The notes below the pieces were generated by a model, which made no database searches, was not told where the DNA came from, and saw only the letters and a program-made list of their open reading frames with translations. A stretch of 64,000 bases of DNA, from positions 5,968,519 to 6,032,518 of the forward strand of contig NC_068998.1 of the NCBI RefSeq assembly GCF_001194135.2. Direction: 5' to 3'. The DNA is from Octopus bimaculoides. Lineage: Eukaryota. The stretch's first letter is position 1, and each line of letters begins with the position of its first letter. Position numbers and translations under genes: made by a program. Shown in pieces: positions 26,403 to 37,788 of the stretch.

Positions 26403-27769
26403 CATATATTGTGTGTGTGAGAGAGAGAGAAAGATGTAAGTCAAGAAAGAAAGAAAGGTGGGGGAATACTATTTCTGGATCATTTTTGTTTTTTTTTCCA
26501 AATCTCCTCTACGTTGTTTAATTCACTTCCAGATTTGATGTTTGATTATGTGAGATAAAATAATTGGTTAATCATAGCCATATATTTGTAAACTTTTAAG
26601 AATGTCATTAAATGTTGTTATGGAGCAGTCTTAATAGAATGATAGTAAGCTAATTCCATAATTAGATCAGTAACTTATATATGGAATGATTCAGACTGTT
26701 CTGGGCCTAAACCTTGTTGGTTTGTTGAGTGTAGGCATAACAGTGTGTCAGCCATGTTGATCTTGTATGCTAAAAGGTTGTGTTGACGGTTACATTATGA
26801 GGGGCAAGATAAACTTGGTCAATACTGTTTTCTTCACTTGTTTCCCAAGGGTCATATCCATATGTATTTAATCATGATTTAAAATTTGGTCCTGCGTATG
26901 GACCACATGGCCCTTTTAGCAGCTTCGAATGCGGATTCACAAATGGCTTCGTTGTTTCCACAACTCTTCAAAATTTCACTTAGCTCCCCATCTCAAGCCT
27001 CTGTGCTTGAGTATTTAGGTCACGATAAATTCAGTGGTTAACATTTGGAACTAATTAAAACCATCTGGTCACATTTGACAGTAGTTCATGTAAATGGCTG
27101 AGAATAATTTAACCCCTGCTACCATCATAGAAAAATAGACATGTGTGACCTTCTATACGAAATATACTCATTGGAACCGCATGCACATGCGTGCGTGAAT
27201 AAAATTGTGGGCGTAATAATTATCTATTATTAAATGATTTGTGTTATTCTTTCAGTCTCCATGTTCATTCTGATGAAGTAGAACAATGATCAGAAACATT
27301 GCCTTTATAGCCATTTTGTCTTTTATTCTGACATAGTATATCTTGATTGGATGGTAGGCTGTGATTTAAGGTGGATTTAGTTGCTATATCTGATTAAGTG
27401 ACCATGTTGGAGCTCTTTTGTTGGCTCATGATGTTCAAATCTAGTAGTCATTTGTTAAGGTGATCACCATTAACTGATTGTCAATGCAAAGGACATCTTG
27501 GCTGTTGAAACAAAACACTAAATATAGTTTTGGCAACCAAAATATCTGAATTACGTTGGTCAGTCTACAAAAATTACTATTAAATTAGTGTTTGTACTGC
27601 TATAGTTTCGTCTGAAGCTGTTTTGTTCATCCACTTTTGCTCTTCTGTACACATTCAGTTTCTACTCCTCTGTTTCTTCGTCTCCTCTTGTATCTCAGTT
27701 TTTCTTTTTTGCTAGACTCTCTCTTGATTTCAGCTGAAACTTTATTCAACAAACCATCTATTCTCTTAT

Positions 27770-28090
27770 TTGTTTCAGTCATTGGTTTGTGGCCATACTG
27801 GGGCACCACCTTGAAGGGTGTTCAATCAATTGACTCTAGTCTCTATTTTGGTGAACCGCTAAGTTACTGAGACATAAAAATCTATACCAGTTTGTCAAGT
27901 GGTGAGAGGCCAAACACAAGTGTGCATGGCTGTTTGCACATACATACCACACATACATAGGGCCTCTGTGCAATTTCTGTCTACAAAATTCATTCACAAT
28001 GCATTACTCAGCCCAGAATTATAACAGCAAACCTTTGTCTCAAGTGCTACATAATGGGACTACCTGAAAACTTCTTGATCACACAGCTTC
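27770..28090 (-). mobile_element. Older minus-strand copy of the 9637-type SINE
   Basis: Reverse complement of the tail (tttgtttcagtcatt...ggccatactggggcaccaccttgaagg) and of the body and head (gaaccgctaagttac, ctacaaaattcattcacaa, ctcaagtgc). Confidence 0.65.
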
Positions 28091-28631
28091 GAGTGAACCT
28101 GTTTAACGTCTTTCTGTTTCTTTTCCTGCAGTTTAGATAGTTTGGTCAGATATTTAAGTTCATACTGTGATCTGCAGAATTTTTGTTTCCCCTTTTTGTT
28201 TTAAATTCTATCAGGAGTGGTGGTGGTGGGGCATTGCCATGCTCATAACCTTTGCAGGCCATCTCCGGTGATATTCATGTAGAACATGCACACAAAAAAA
28301 AAAACAGAACATTAGTAGAGGGGGGATTGAGGGTAGATCTGATCTGAATATTTGTAACAGGATTGATCTCTGCTGAAATGTCCCGTGTTGTGATCTTAAG
28401 AGACAGGTTGAGCTTAAATAAATTGGAAATTTAATTTGATGCATTCAAGACAGACAGTAAACTATTGGTATTAAGAGGGGGATAAATGGCTTGATGGATG
28501 AAACAGTTATTACTTGAAGAAGTATTTTGATTGAGAAATGATGAATATCTGCTTGGAAAAAAAAATTAATCATTTGTAATGCAAATGTAGAAATATTGAA
28601 AAATATGTAATATGAATATGAGCAGCATATT

Positions 28632-28797
28632 AATCAAAGTGCTTAGTGGCATTTTGTTATGTTCTGAGTTCAAATTCTACCATGGACAACTTTGTCTTTC
28701 ATCTTTTCGGGGTCATTGAGCACTGGGGTCAATGTAATCAACTAGCCCCTCTCCCCCCAAATTTCAGGTCCTGTGCTTATAGCACAAAGTATTATTA
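28632..28797 (+). mobile_element. Short SINE (gttctgagttcaaattc / gagcactggggtcaat family)
   Basis: B-box-like gagttcaaattc and conserved core ctttcatc.tttcggggtc...cactggggtcaatgtaatc. Homologues at 47300-47500 and 58918-59156. Confidence 0.65.
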
Positions 28798-29179
28798 ATA
28801 ATGTATGCTGAAGTGACATCAGTACTAAATAATAGCTTATTATACATTGTTTTTAAAAATCCCTGGATGGCAAAAAGGATGGAAAAGTTGCTTGGTAGAT
28901 GTGAACTATTTATCTTCTTTAATCCGGACAGATGTGCTACCTACTACATTAAGGTAGCCTACTGATTCTTATCCATCCATATTCAATGCTTTAATCACTA
29001 CAAGAATCTCGTTTACATTTACAACACTAAGGTAGAAGCATTGAGAGACACATAGTCTTCATGCTTGCACTTTAAATAATTGTTTTGAAATTACGATCCT
29101 AAACCTTTGGGAGAGAAGAGTGATGATTTTTTTTTTCTTTTGTTCTTGGTATATTAGCATATGGGTGCCAGTGGGTATA

Positions 29180-29220
29180 TGCTACTGATGAAGCCCAATG
29201 AGGCAGAAATGTGTCTAGTA
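29180..29220 (+). ncRNA. Degenerate minimal type I hammerhead ribozyme motif (Penelope-like element type)
   Basis: TGCTA-CTGATGA-aGCCcaatgaGGCa-GAAA-TGTG-TC-TAGTA. Stem I is UGCUA/UAGUA, followed by the CUGAUGA core, stem II GCC/GGC, GAAA and a GUC cleavage triplet. Stem III ATGTGT looks like a CpG-deaminated ACGCGT palindrome. Confidence 0.5.
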
Positions 29221-29382
29221 TTCTTAGCCCCACTGCTGGGCAATTTTCATGATACCAATATATTTGTGTTGTTAAACACAGTATGTCCATAAGAGATATG
29301 TCTGTACAATTGCTGCATTTATTTGGATTTTCATGATGTGTTTGCGTTAAGTACAAAAAAACACAGATGGCTATTAAACTGT

Positions 29383-29420
29383 GCTTTCTTTTTCTTTTCT
29401 TTCAGGTCTGTGAGTGAAAG
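29383..29420 (+). promoter_or_regulatory. Polypyrimidine tract and 3' splice acceptor plus 15-nt 5'UTR part of the WAVE exon (implies an upstream non-coding exon)
   Basis: gctttcttttcttttctttcag|gtctgtgagtgaaagATG. Confidence 0.8.
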
Positions 29421-29688
29421 ATGCCTTTGATAAAGCGTATAGTCGAGCCAGTCCATGTGAGTAATGTAGGGGTACACCCAGGTGTAAGGAATGAGTTAGA
29501 ATGTGTAGCAAACAACACACTAGCTAATACTATTCGCCAGTTGAGCAGCTTGAGCAAACATGCTGAGGACCTGTTCACTGAGCTGTTTTCAGAAGCCTCT
29601 TCTGTGTACAACAGACTTAACCACTTGCAGTCTCGCATGGAGGATGTACACAGAAAGGTGAAACAATTGGATGCCACTGTTGAAGAAG
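29421..29688 (+). CDS. WASF: First coding exon of a WAVE/SCAR (WASP family verprolin-homologous) gene; N-terminal 89 aa of the WAVE homology domain
   Basis: Translation MPLIKRIVEPVHVSNVGVHPGVRNELECVANNTLANTIRQLSSLSKHAEDLFTELFSEASSVYNRLNHLQSRMEDVHRKVKQLDATVEE carries the WAVE hallmarks MPL.KR, NELECV.N.TLAN.IRQLSSLSKHAED.F.EL and QLD..EE. It is bounded by a long polypyrimidine tract plus TTCAG acceptor (AG 29404-29405) and an AAG|GTAATG donor (GT 29689-29690). 268 nt gives a phase-1 end. The ORF-track extension to 29777 is intronic read-through. Confidence 0.95.
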
Positions 29689-29995
29689 GTAATGCTTGGA
29701 TTTTCTTTAAGATTCTAAATTCTACCCATTTCTTTACTCCTTCAATGTTTTTTTTTTCTTTTGTTACTAATTTTTGACATTAATCACTTTTGGATATTTA
29801 TATTTGCATTTTTTTTTTATTGCTTTCTATTTGCAGTATTGGCATTTTGTTTTTCTAATTTTTTTTTTGTTTTGTTTTCGTTTGTTTTCTCCTTGTCTAT
29901 AAGCAGTGTAATGTGATTATAATAATTACACTGTTTAGATAAATGTATATATGAATTTCAGGTTGGGGAAAAAAAATACAACAAAAATTCACAAA

Positions 29996-30036
<41 letters not shown>

Positions 30037-33000
30037 AATGTTGCCAAAAGTAATCATATTGTAGCCAGTTGTGTGTTCTTTCTCTTAAAAAAAAAAGAAA
30101 AGAAAAAAAAAGTTTAATCCTAATTAATCTTCATTTTGATTGTCTGCAATAAATTTTTTTGCCAGATTACTATTGCTATTTAAAAAAAAAAAGAAAAAGA
30201 AAAAGAAAAAACGTAATGAAGATCAATTTTTTTTCTTTTGAAATTATAAATTTATTTAAAAAAAAAAACATTTCTTGAAATTATTTCACCAAATCCTTTT
30301 TTCAGAATATTTAATATAAATTATTAATTTTTTTTTGATTTTCAATTCCTCATCCAAAATTCTTAACTCAGATCATTAGTTTTGTAGACATAGTACTAAT
30401 AATTTCTATTTCTAATGAATTTAGATTGATACTAATTATGCGGCTGTTTTCTCGTCAGCATTTCACACACACACTTAAACGTATCAAAATCGAAGCTTGA
30501 GTAAAGAAGTTAACTGTCGGTTCTTACTTTCAGTCTAGCCATCTATATGCTACACTCCTAAAATTTGTGAAACATCTGTTGCGTAGTTGATTGAACACAC
30601 ACCTTTTAATATTCTTTATTCTAAAATTGCTTGAACACAACAATATATTTTTATCTATTTTTGTTGTAACAAAATCTGTCTTGAAACTATCTTCTCATAT
30701 ACTATACAAATAGAATGAACTTATGTGAGGAGTTAGATTCATGTATTTAATATTGACAAAATCTTCTTGATGATGGCCATACGAGTGATCGAAAATTCTA
30801 TCTTTCTAATTGTTTTCTTTCTATCTATAAACATGCCGAGTTGTTTTCAAAGATGTAGAAATTAAAAATGGCTTAAAGATGATAAAGTTATATTACAATC
30901 ATGGTGCATGCAACTGTACTTATAGCTTATGTCGTGTAAGTATTAAATTCACCATTATCATCGACTTCTGCTTTTCCACTAGATACCAAGCGTTAAGTTA
31001 CCATACTTCTGTAACCTTCTAGAAAACAACAGTTTTAGTGTGTACATTTTTCTCTATAATCTAGCCAAACGTAAAATGGTTTTTGGTTGGAAAAAATAAG
31101 AAGTACCGTTATTTTCCGAATATCTCATTCTTACGGAGAATTAATCAAGAAATTATAGAGTCATACTGCAATATCTGGTGTAAGTCTTTTTTATCCTTTT
31201 TTTTTTTATACGCTTTTTTTTTCTGTTTCATTCCCCTTCCCCTAGCAAGGTCAGCCCATCTCTTTTGAGATTGCATTGTGAATATTACACTGTAGAAGAT
31301 ACCAACCATTCAAAAACACACACAGTGTTAACTTCATTTAAGCATTTATTTGGTGTCAGAATTTTCTTCACACCATCTGCAACCTGGTCACTGACACAGT
31401 TTCACTGTGACTGTTGCAGTCTTTGCGTATGAGTTTTTGAATGGCTAATATGTGTCTTCCACACTGTAATCATTTTAGTTTCCACACACGATCTCAGATC
31501 CAATCACTTCTTACCTCGCAAGTACACCTCCAAAATTGTGAATATTATTCCATAATTACTAGAAATATTTTACTTCTTGAAATGTCTGTAATCCCGAGAT
31601 TTTTCTTTCTTTCTCTTCACTTTCTCTGATTCCAAACTGGTGGAGGGAAACGTGAATTTTTTTTAAATAATTTTTTTTTTTTTTTTTTTAAGCATTTCAT
31701 ATAGAATTTGGTCTGAAGTCTCTTAAAATTCCTTTTACTTTTGGACTGGCAGGAGGAATGAATGAAGGAGAGAAAGGCAGAATGCTTTGTTTTTCTTTCT
31801 TTTTTTTTTTTTTTTACCCTTTCAAAAGATAAAATGTCACAAAATAGCTCATTTTCAACAATTAATTTAATAGACAAGATATACTTGACACTGAAAACAA
31901 ACTAATTTGTTTGTTTTGTTGTTTTTTTCCTTTAATACTAAAAGACAATGGGGAAAATTGATGGCGCCAGCAGTAAGGGGTGGGAGGTGTAATCATATAT
32001 TTCCTATTCTGTTCATAATTAAAATGAATTTAAAAAAAAAATGAAGTAGTATAAAACAAAGATGTCAAATTCTAGAGTGCTAAATTGAAATTTTTTGTCA
32101 GTATAGTTAGCATAACTGAAACCCTTTAGTATGTTACCCCAACTTGTCTACATTCCAGTGACTGCAATTAGTAAAAACGAAAAATGTGTGCGCTTGTGTA
32201 TGCACGTATGTATATATATATGTATATATGTGTGTGTTCAAGAGGTTGCTGAAGTATTTTGAAGAAACATCAAGAGTTTAGAAACTTCTCTGAGATGATT
32301 TTTTTTTATATTCTTTACCTGAAAATCCATGCCAGATTTTTCCCCTCAGGATTCAGTTATTGAACTTATTTCTATAAAACCTAGCTTTAGTAGTCAATAC
32401 TTCCCTTCATTTCCCAGAAACCTACCAATTAGTCTATTGTCACAACAACCATAAGCATATCATAGTGCTCACTGGTGTGTGAAGCCTGCTTTTAATCTTT
32501 ATTTTGCTTCAATTTCCAACATGCATCAGCAAAAAAGAAAAACATACATGAGTATTGTTACAACTCTATAATTTCTATATCAATTTTAGATATTATAGAT
32601 TAGCAATGTAACATATGTACTAGCAGTAATTGGTATTTCAATATATATTGCCTCTCTGCGTAAATTAGGTGTGGCATTGTATAAGGGTGACAGCAGTTGG
32701 TATAAAAACAGCTCACACCCATGATAAATGAGACTCAATAAGGTGGAAGGCCCAGCTTGGTATCTGCCAGTCGTTGATTTCAGTTGACAGTGAGAAAGTT
32801 GGATGCATTGTGATGGAGATAAGTTTGTTTCTATATAAGAATAATACCTGTTATACTTGTCAGTTGGGGAAAAAAATGAGAAAATCATGAAAGTGATGTT
32901 TGTTTCTAAAAAGGGATAAATTGTGCTGTGGGGGTGGAGCAGGGCTACTTTTTAAATTGTGTCAAAGACCAGGAAGTGGTCTTACATCATATGTTATGTA

Positions 33001-33306
33001 TTATTCAGAATATCAATTGGCATGTTACTATGGAAGGTAACTCCATAACATTCAAGAGAAATAATTTCAGCATTTTTGTGAAATCTGGTTGTAACTTTAT
33101 TACAATGTTTGTCATTTTTTTTTTTTTAACTAAATCTGAATCGCCTTTGTGATACAAAATTTTCCAAAATCTTGGAGAAATATTTCATTTAAGGAATGCT
33201 CATGGATGAATGGCATTTATTTATTTATTTATTTTTTTTCTGTTTGCATGATGTAGCATTCAACACTTCTCATAATTAGTACCAGCTTTTTGGGGGAATT
33301 GGTCTT

Positions 33307-34069
33307 NNNNNNNNNNNNNNNNNNNNNNNNNNNNNNNNNNNNNNNNNNNNNNNNNNNNNNNNNNNNNNNNNNNNNNNNNNNNNNNNNNNNNNNNNNNNNN
33401 NNNNNNNNNNNNNNNNNNNNNNNNNNNNNNNNNNNNNNNNNNNNNNNNNNNNNNNNNNNNNNNNNNNNNNNNNNNNNNNNNNNNNNNNNNNNNNNNNNNN
33501 NNNNNNNNNNNNNNNNNNNNNNNNNNNNNNNNNNNNNNNNNNNNNNNNNNNNNNNNNNNNNNNNNNNNNNNNNNNNNNNNNNNNNNNNNNNNNNNNNNNN
33601 NNNNNNNNNNNNNNNNNNNNNNNNNNNNNNNNNNNNNNNNNNNNNNNNNNNNNNNNNNNNNNNNNNNNNNNNNNNNNNNNNNNNNNNNNNNNNNNNNNNN
33701 NNNNNNNNNNNNNNNNNNNNNNNNNNNNNNNNNNNNNNNNNNNNNNNNNNNNNNNNNNNNNNNNNNNNNNNNNNNNNNNNNNNNNNNNNNNNNNNNNNNN
33801 NNNNNNNNNNNNNNNNNNNNNNNNNNNNNNNNNNNNNNNNNNNNNNNNNNNNNNNNNNNNNNNNNNNNNNNNNNNNNNNNNNNNNNNNNNNNNNNNNNNN
33901 NNNNNNNNNNNNNNNNNNNNNNNNNNNNNNNNNNNNNNNNNNNNNNNNNNNNNNNNNNNNNNNNNNNNNNNNNNNNNNNNNNNNNNNNNNNNNNNNNNNN
34001 NNNNNNNNNNNNNNNNNNNNNNNNNNNNNNNNNNNNNNNNNNNNNNNNNNNNNNNNNNNNNNNNNNNNN
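33307..34069. other. Assembly gap (N run)
   Basis: N characters; flanked by a SINE fragment and the 25-bp minisatellite. Confidence 1.
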
Positions 34070-34212
34070 CTTGTCTAGCAACCCGCAGTGGCCCCTTGTC
34101 TAGCAACCCGCAGTGGCCCCTTGTCTAGCAACCCGCAGTGGCCCCTTGTCTAGCAACCCGCAGTGGCCCCTTGTCTCGCAACCCGCAGTGGCCCCCTTGT
34201 CTCGCAACCCCC
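34070..34212. repeat. GC-rich 25-bp minisatellite abutting an assembly gap
   Basis: Unit ttgtctagcaacccgcagtggcccc: four perfect copies, one variant and one partial copy. The array runs into the N gap. Confidence 0.95.
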
Positions 34213-34689
34213 TGCAGTCTTACATCATCCTGATAAGAACAAAGTGACTAACTTTGTTGTTTTGTAAGTTCATATGTTCGACATTTCCTGTTGCTAGATA
34301 TCTTCTCTATCCCGACTACAGCATGTATTTGGTATATTTTATCATGCCCTCTTTTCTAACAACAAAGTATCACCACTATTCTATAGTGTATCTGTTCCCC
34401 CCAGTTTTTGTTCAAAGGTTGTAGGTGCTGAATTCTATGTTACTATAATAACAAATGTAATATACATTTGTCATGTCTTATGTAAATAAAATGATCCATT
34501 ATGCATATATACCCACATGCACATTCTCTTCATTATTTTTTTTTACAAGTCCTATGATTGTTTAGTTTTTCTTAATCAGGAGTCTCTGTCAGTAATCATT
34601 AACATAATTAATTTCTTTGGGGTATATGACCTAAGGTATTCTCGCATCTCCTGTAGGTGTAAGTGAATTAAGATGGCAAATGGAACTGG

Positions 34690-34960
34690 GCTGTCGACTT
34701 GGTTTATGAAGTGCTTCATGCATTTCATAGCTCAGAGCTTCCTTCTATATAATAACGAGAATGGTTTTGTCCCACATGTCCTTTAGAATCCTTATTATTT
34801 AGACCTCAAGTCGCTGGGACATGGGTGCATGTTGTAGCACTTGAATCACTTGTGACTCCAGCACATGTTGATGATGGCTTCAACTAGATGTAGAACCAAC
34901 CTTGTTTGGCTAGTAGTCATCTACTTCTTTTCTGGGCTATGAAAGAAACTTTCAGAGCAA
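34690..34960 (-). mobile_element. Possible highly decayed mariner fragment
   Basis: Minus frames give AQKRSR*LLAK...AGVT and IQVLQHAP...PSD, loosely resembling RRKR.GLL...HDNARPH.A..T and EVLPHPPYSPDLAPSD. Confidence 0.35.
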
Positions 34961-35040
34961 TGACAGAATCCTTCAATGATTTAGTTGAGTTGATAGTATT
35001 TGTTACACTATATTGTAAGTAGGATGTACCTTTCAAATAT

Positions 35041-35200
35041 AGGCGCATAGCTTTGGTGTAGGGGGTGTCCTTGAGCAAAAAACAATTTCACACCGCCCAA
35101 TGAGTAATCGTGCGACAGACTGACATCCTGTTCAAGGGTAGTGTTATGTCTCAGTCACTTGTATGCCGTGGAAATCAGGTAACCGGCTCTATGAGTCTTA
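35041..35200 (+). mobile_element. Decayed V-domain-like SINE
   Basis: tgcgacagactgacatcctgttcaaggg...agtcacttgtatgccgtggaaatcagg resembles, from memory, the V-SINE pattern tgcgatggactggc..cc.gtccaggg. The head is abbreviated. Confidence 0.4.
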
Positions 35201-37756
35201 TGATTCAAGACAATAATGTTCAGGGTTTGATAAATGATGATTAATGTTAATTGTACAATTTACTTTCCAAATTAAGCAGATCTTCTCAAATATATTCTTT
35301 AGGTTGAAGTTTATTTTCATTATGATTCACTCAGGTTTGAGTTGTCATTGCGTATTTCATGTTAAGAGTGAGTCTTGCAGAAGTGTTGGCTGTCATTTAG
35401 AAATTTTATCTCAACTACTTACCAAATTCAGACTGCCACTTGAATTTAGGCTTAAACGAATACACTGGTGTTGGCTGCTCACTCAGGGTCCTTGAAGTAT
35501 ATGTTGGGTTATGTGCAACTGTCTGCCAGAATTGATGACTTCTTATGATTTCTTCAATGGTTGGATGATGAAATGAGTTTAGATATTTTAGATTGAGTGG
35601 AAATTTTCTGTTGGGATATGACAAATTTTGGTGCAGCTGTTTTGGTAGCACCTATTTGGCACCCCTGATTCAACACCACCTGTTTGGTGTCACTGATATG
35701 ACACTGACTTGTTTGTCATTTTGATATTCCTCTCGTTCTTTGTTTTTATATGTGAGCATGTATGTCTGTCTGTCTCTCTCTTTCTCTCCTGCTCTCTTTC
35801 TCTCACTCTCTTATTTATATGTATATATTTCTGCATGCATGTATGTGCATCGTTTGCTTCCAGTACCCAAAACATACTGTTCCTAAAATAGGCCGAATGT
35901 CCGGTCAGCTTTGCCAGATAATCAGCATCTAAACAGCTGTGCCAAATCATCTCATTCCGTCCACTGTTGTTTCGCTAATTCACAGACGGTAGAACAGAGG
36001 GTTTCAGAGAACACACTACAGACTTGTCATCTCAAACTATCGAGACTGACGCTTACCTTCTGAGCCACTCAGTCACTCTACCACCATTACCATTTATGAC
36101 TATATCGGTTGAGATGATGATGAGGATTTTGCTCGAAAGAGTTTTCTTTCTATTAAAAATTTAATCTGATTCCTTAACGCTTGCTGATTCTAATTCCTCT
36201 TGTTTGTCATTAAATAACATGAAAAATAAAAAAAAAACAAAAAAACAGTAGTTGTAGTAATAACGATGATGATTTTTATTTTCTGCCAAGGCAATGGATG
36301 AGGGGGAATGATATAAAGTGTGGGGGTTTACATAGAATGGAATGATTTAAGAAGAGAAAATGGTAATAATAATAATAACAACAAAAAGGAAATTCGATGA
36401 GCAAATGAATAAATAAATTAATTAATGAAAGTCCTATGAAGCTAAAGTTCTGTTTTAAGTAGATTAGGTTTGAAATACATCCTGGTGCATAGTTTTCACT
36501 ACTTAAAGCTCTGTGAAGCACTCTTCACTAGTTCTCAGCTCAGGAAATGTGTGAATATTCACTCACCAGAAGGAAATGAGAGATATAAGACTTGATATAT
36601 GGGAACGTTGCTTTAGTTTTTTTAAAATTTTTATTTTTCTTACCCAGACTATGACCAGGTTTTTAATTCCTGCTCGTAGTCGTTTCTCTTGACTTATGTT
36701 GTCACTAAAGCCTTTCAGAAAAAAGGAAAGAAAAAACAGAACATGAATGTCTTGGTTCTTTTATCTCATCTAAAATAGTAGTCCCCATGTTGATGAGGGT
36801 CTAGAAATGCCTCTAGACTAACTTGAGTTTTGTTTACACCTTCAGAGAATCTGTAAATGGTACTTATATTTTGTCTTTCAGTAACTGATGTGTTGCTTTC
36901 ACATGATAGCTTAACTTGCCACCTATATGTAGTAATAGATGAGGACAGTTTAAACTTTCAGATTTCTTTCAGTACTAGATTCTACAAGTGTTTGGGCTTC
37001 TTTAAACCTGTTATCATTTACACTGGTTTAAGTGTTCGTCAGTGAAAGTTATCGTGATTAGAGGTAAGCTGTTAAGCTTAGCATGTAATATATTAGGTTT
37101 AGGTTTTGGGTTGGAGCTCTATCATTTTACTTGCCATTGGATGCCTTTGGAGAAAGAAGTAAGGCAGACAGCATAGACACAACTATACCTTGTTTTCATT
37201 CCCAGCTTTACAACCATTATCTGTGAGCCTTGTTAGAAATTAGTACATGAAAATCTGTTAGGAATTCAAAAAGTGGTCCCTTATTTTGGATTTAGTTGGT
37301 CCTTTATTTTTTCGTGTTATTTCTCTTTGTTCTTGAAGAGTTGATGGAAATATTCTTATGTAGTAGTTTTAGAGAGAGAAAAAGGGATTCTGGAGATTTT
37401 GAATTCATGCTTAATCTCAAAACCTAATCTTTTTTTTCATTTTATTCTAACATTGTTATTTTCTCCATTCCATCCTCTCTGACCCCCGACTTCCCTCCAT
37501 CCTCCCACATCTCTGTTCAAAGAAAGATGGTTCATTGCTTATTCTGTGTGTATCTGTGTTTGGTGAAAATCTGATATGGAAGTAGTAAAGCTAGCCATAT
37601 CTAATTTCCATCACCTTCACAATCCTCAAGAGGATACAAAGAAATGCTACCATTACATTTCATTTCAGCTGAGCTGAAACACAATCATTCAGATCTTGGT
37701 GATTTATATTAGTTCAGGTTGTAATTCTTACTGAGATTTATCTTGTTCTAAAACAG

Positions 37757-37788
<32 letters not shown>

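Noticed and set aside
29689-29777. C-terminal extension GNAWIFF... of the WAVE ORF
   Set aside because: It follows a consensus donor, is T-rich and is not WAVE-like; intronic read-through.
34070-34212. CRISPR-like repeat array
   Set aside because: Units are directly adjacent with no unique spacers, and the context is eukaryotic.
36117-36145. ATGATGA-GGATTTTGCTC-GAAA hammerhead-like motif
   Set aside because: First core nucleotide is wrong, stems I and III are not formed, and TGATGA may come from a GAT repeat.
36648-36695. Strong acceptor followed by ATG (MTRFLIPARSRFS)
   Set aside because: Both relevant frames stop quickly and there is no good donor.
37644-37698. Mini-ORF MLPLHFISAELKHNHSDL ending at a phase-1 TTG|GTGATT
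   Set aside because: Weak donor, no CpG island or other support. It shows that such patterns occur by chance here.
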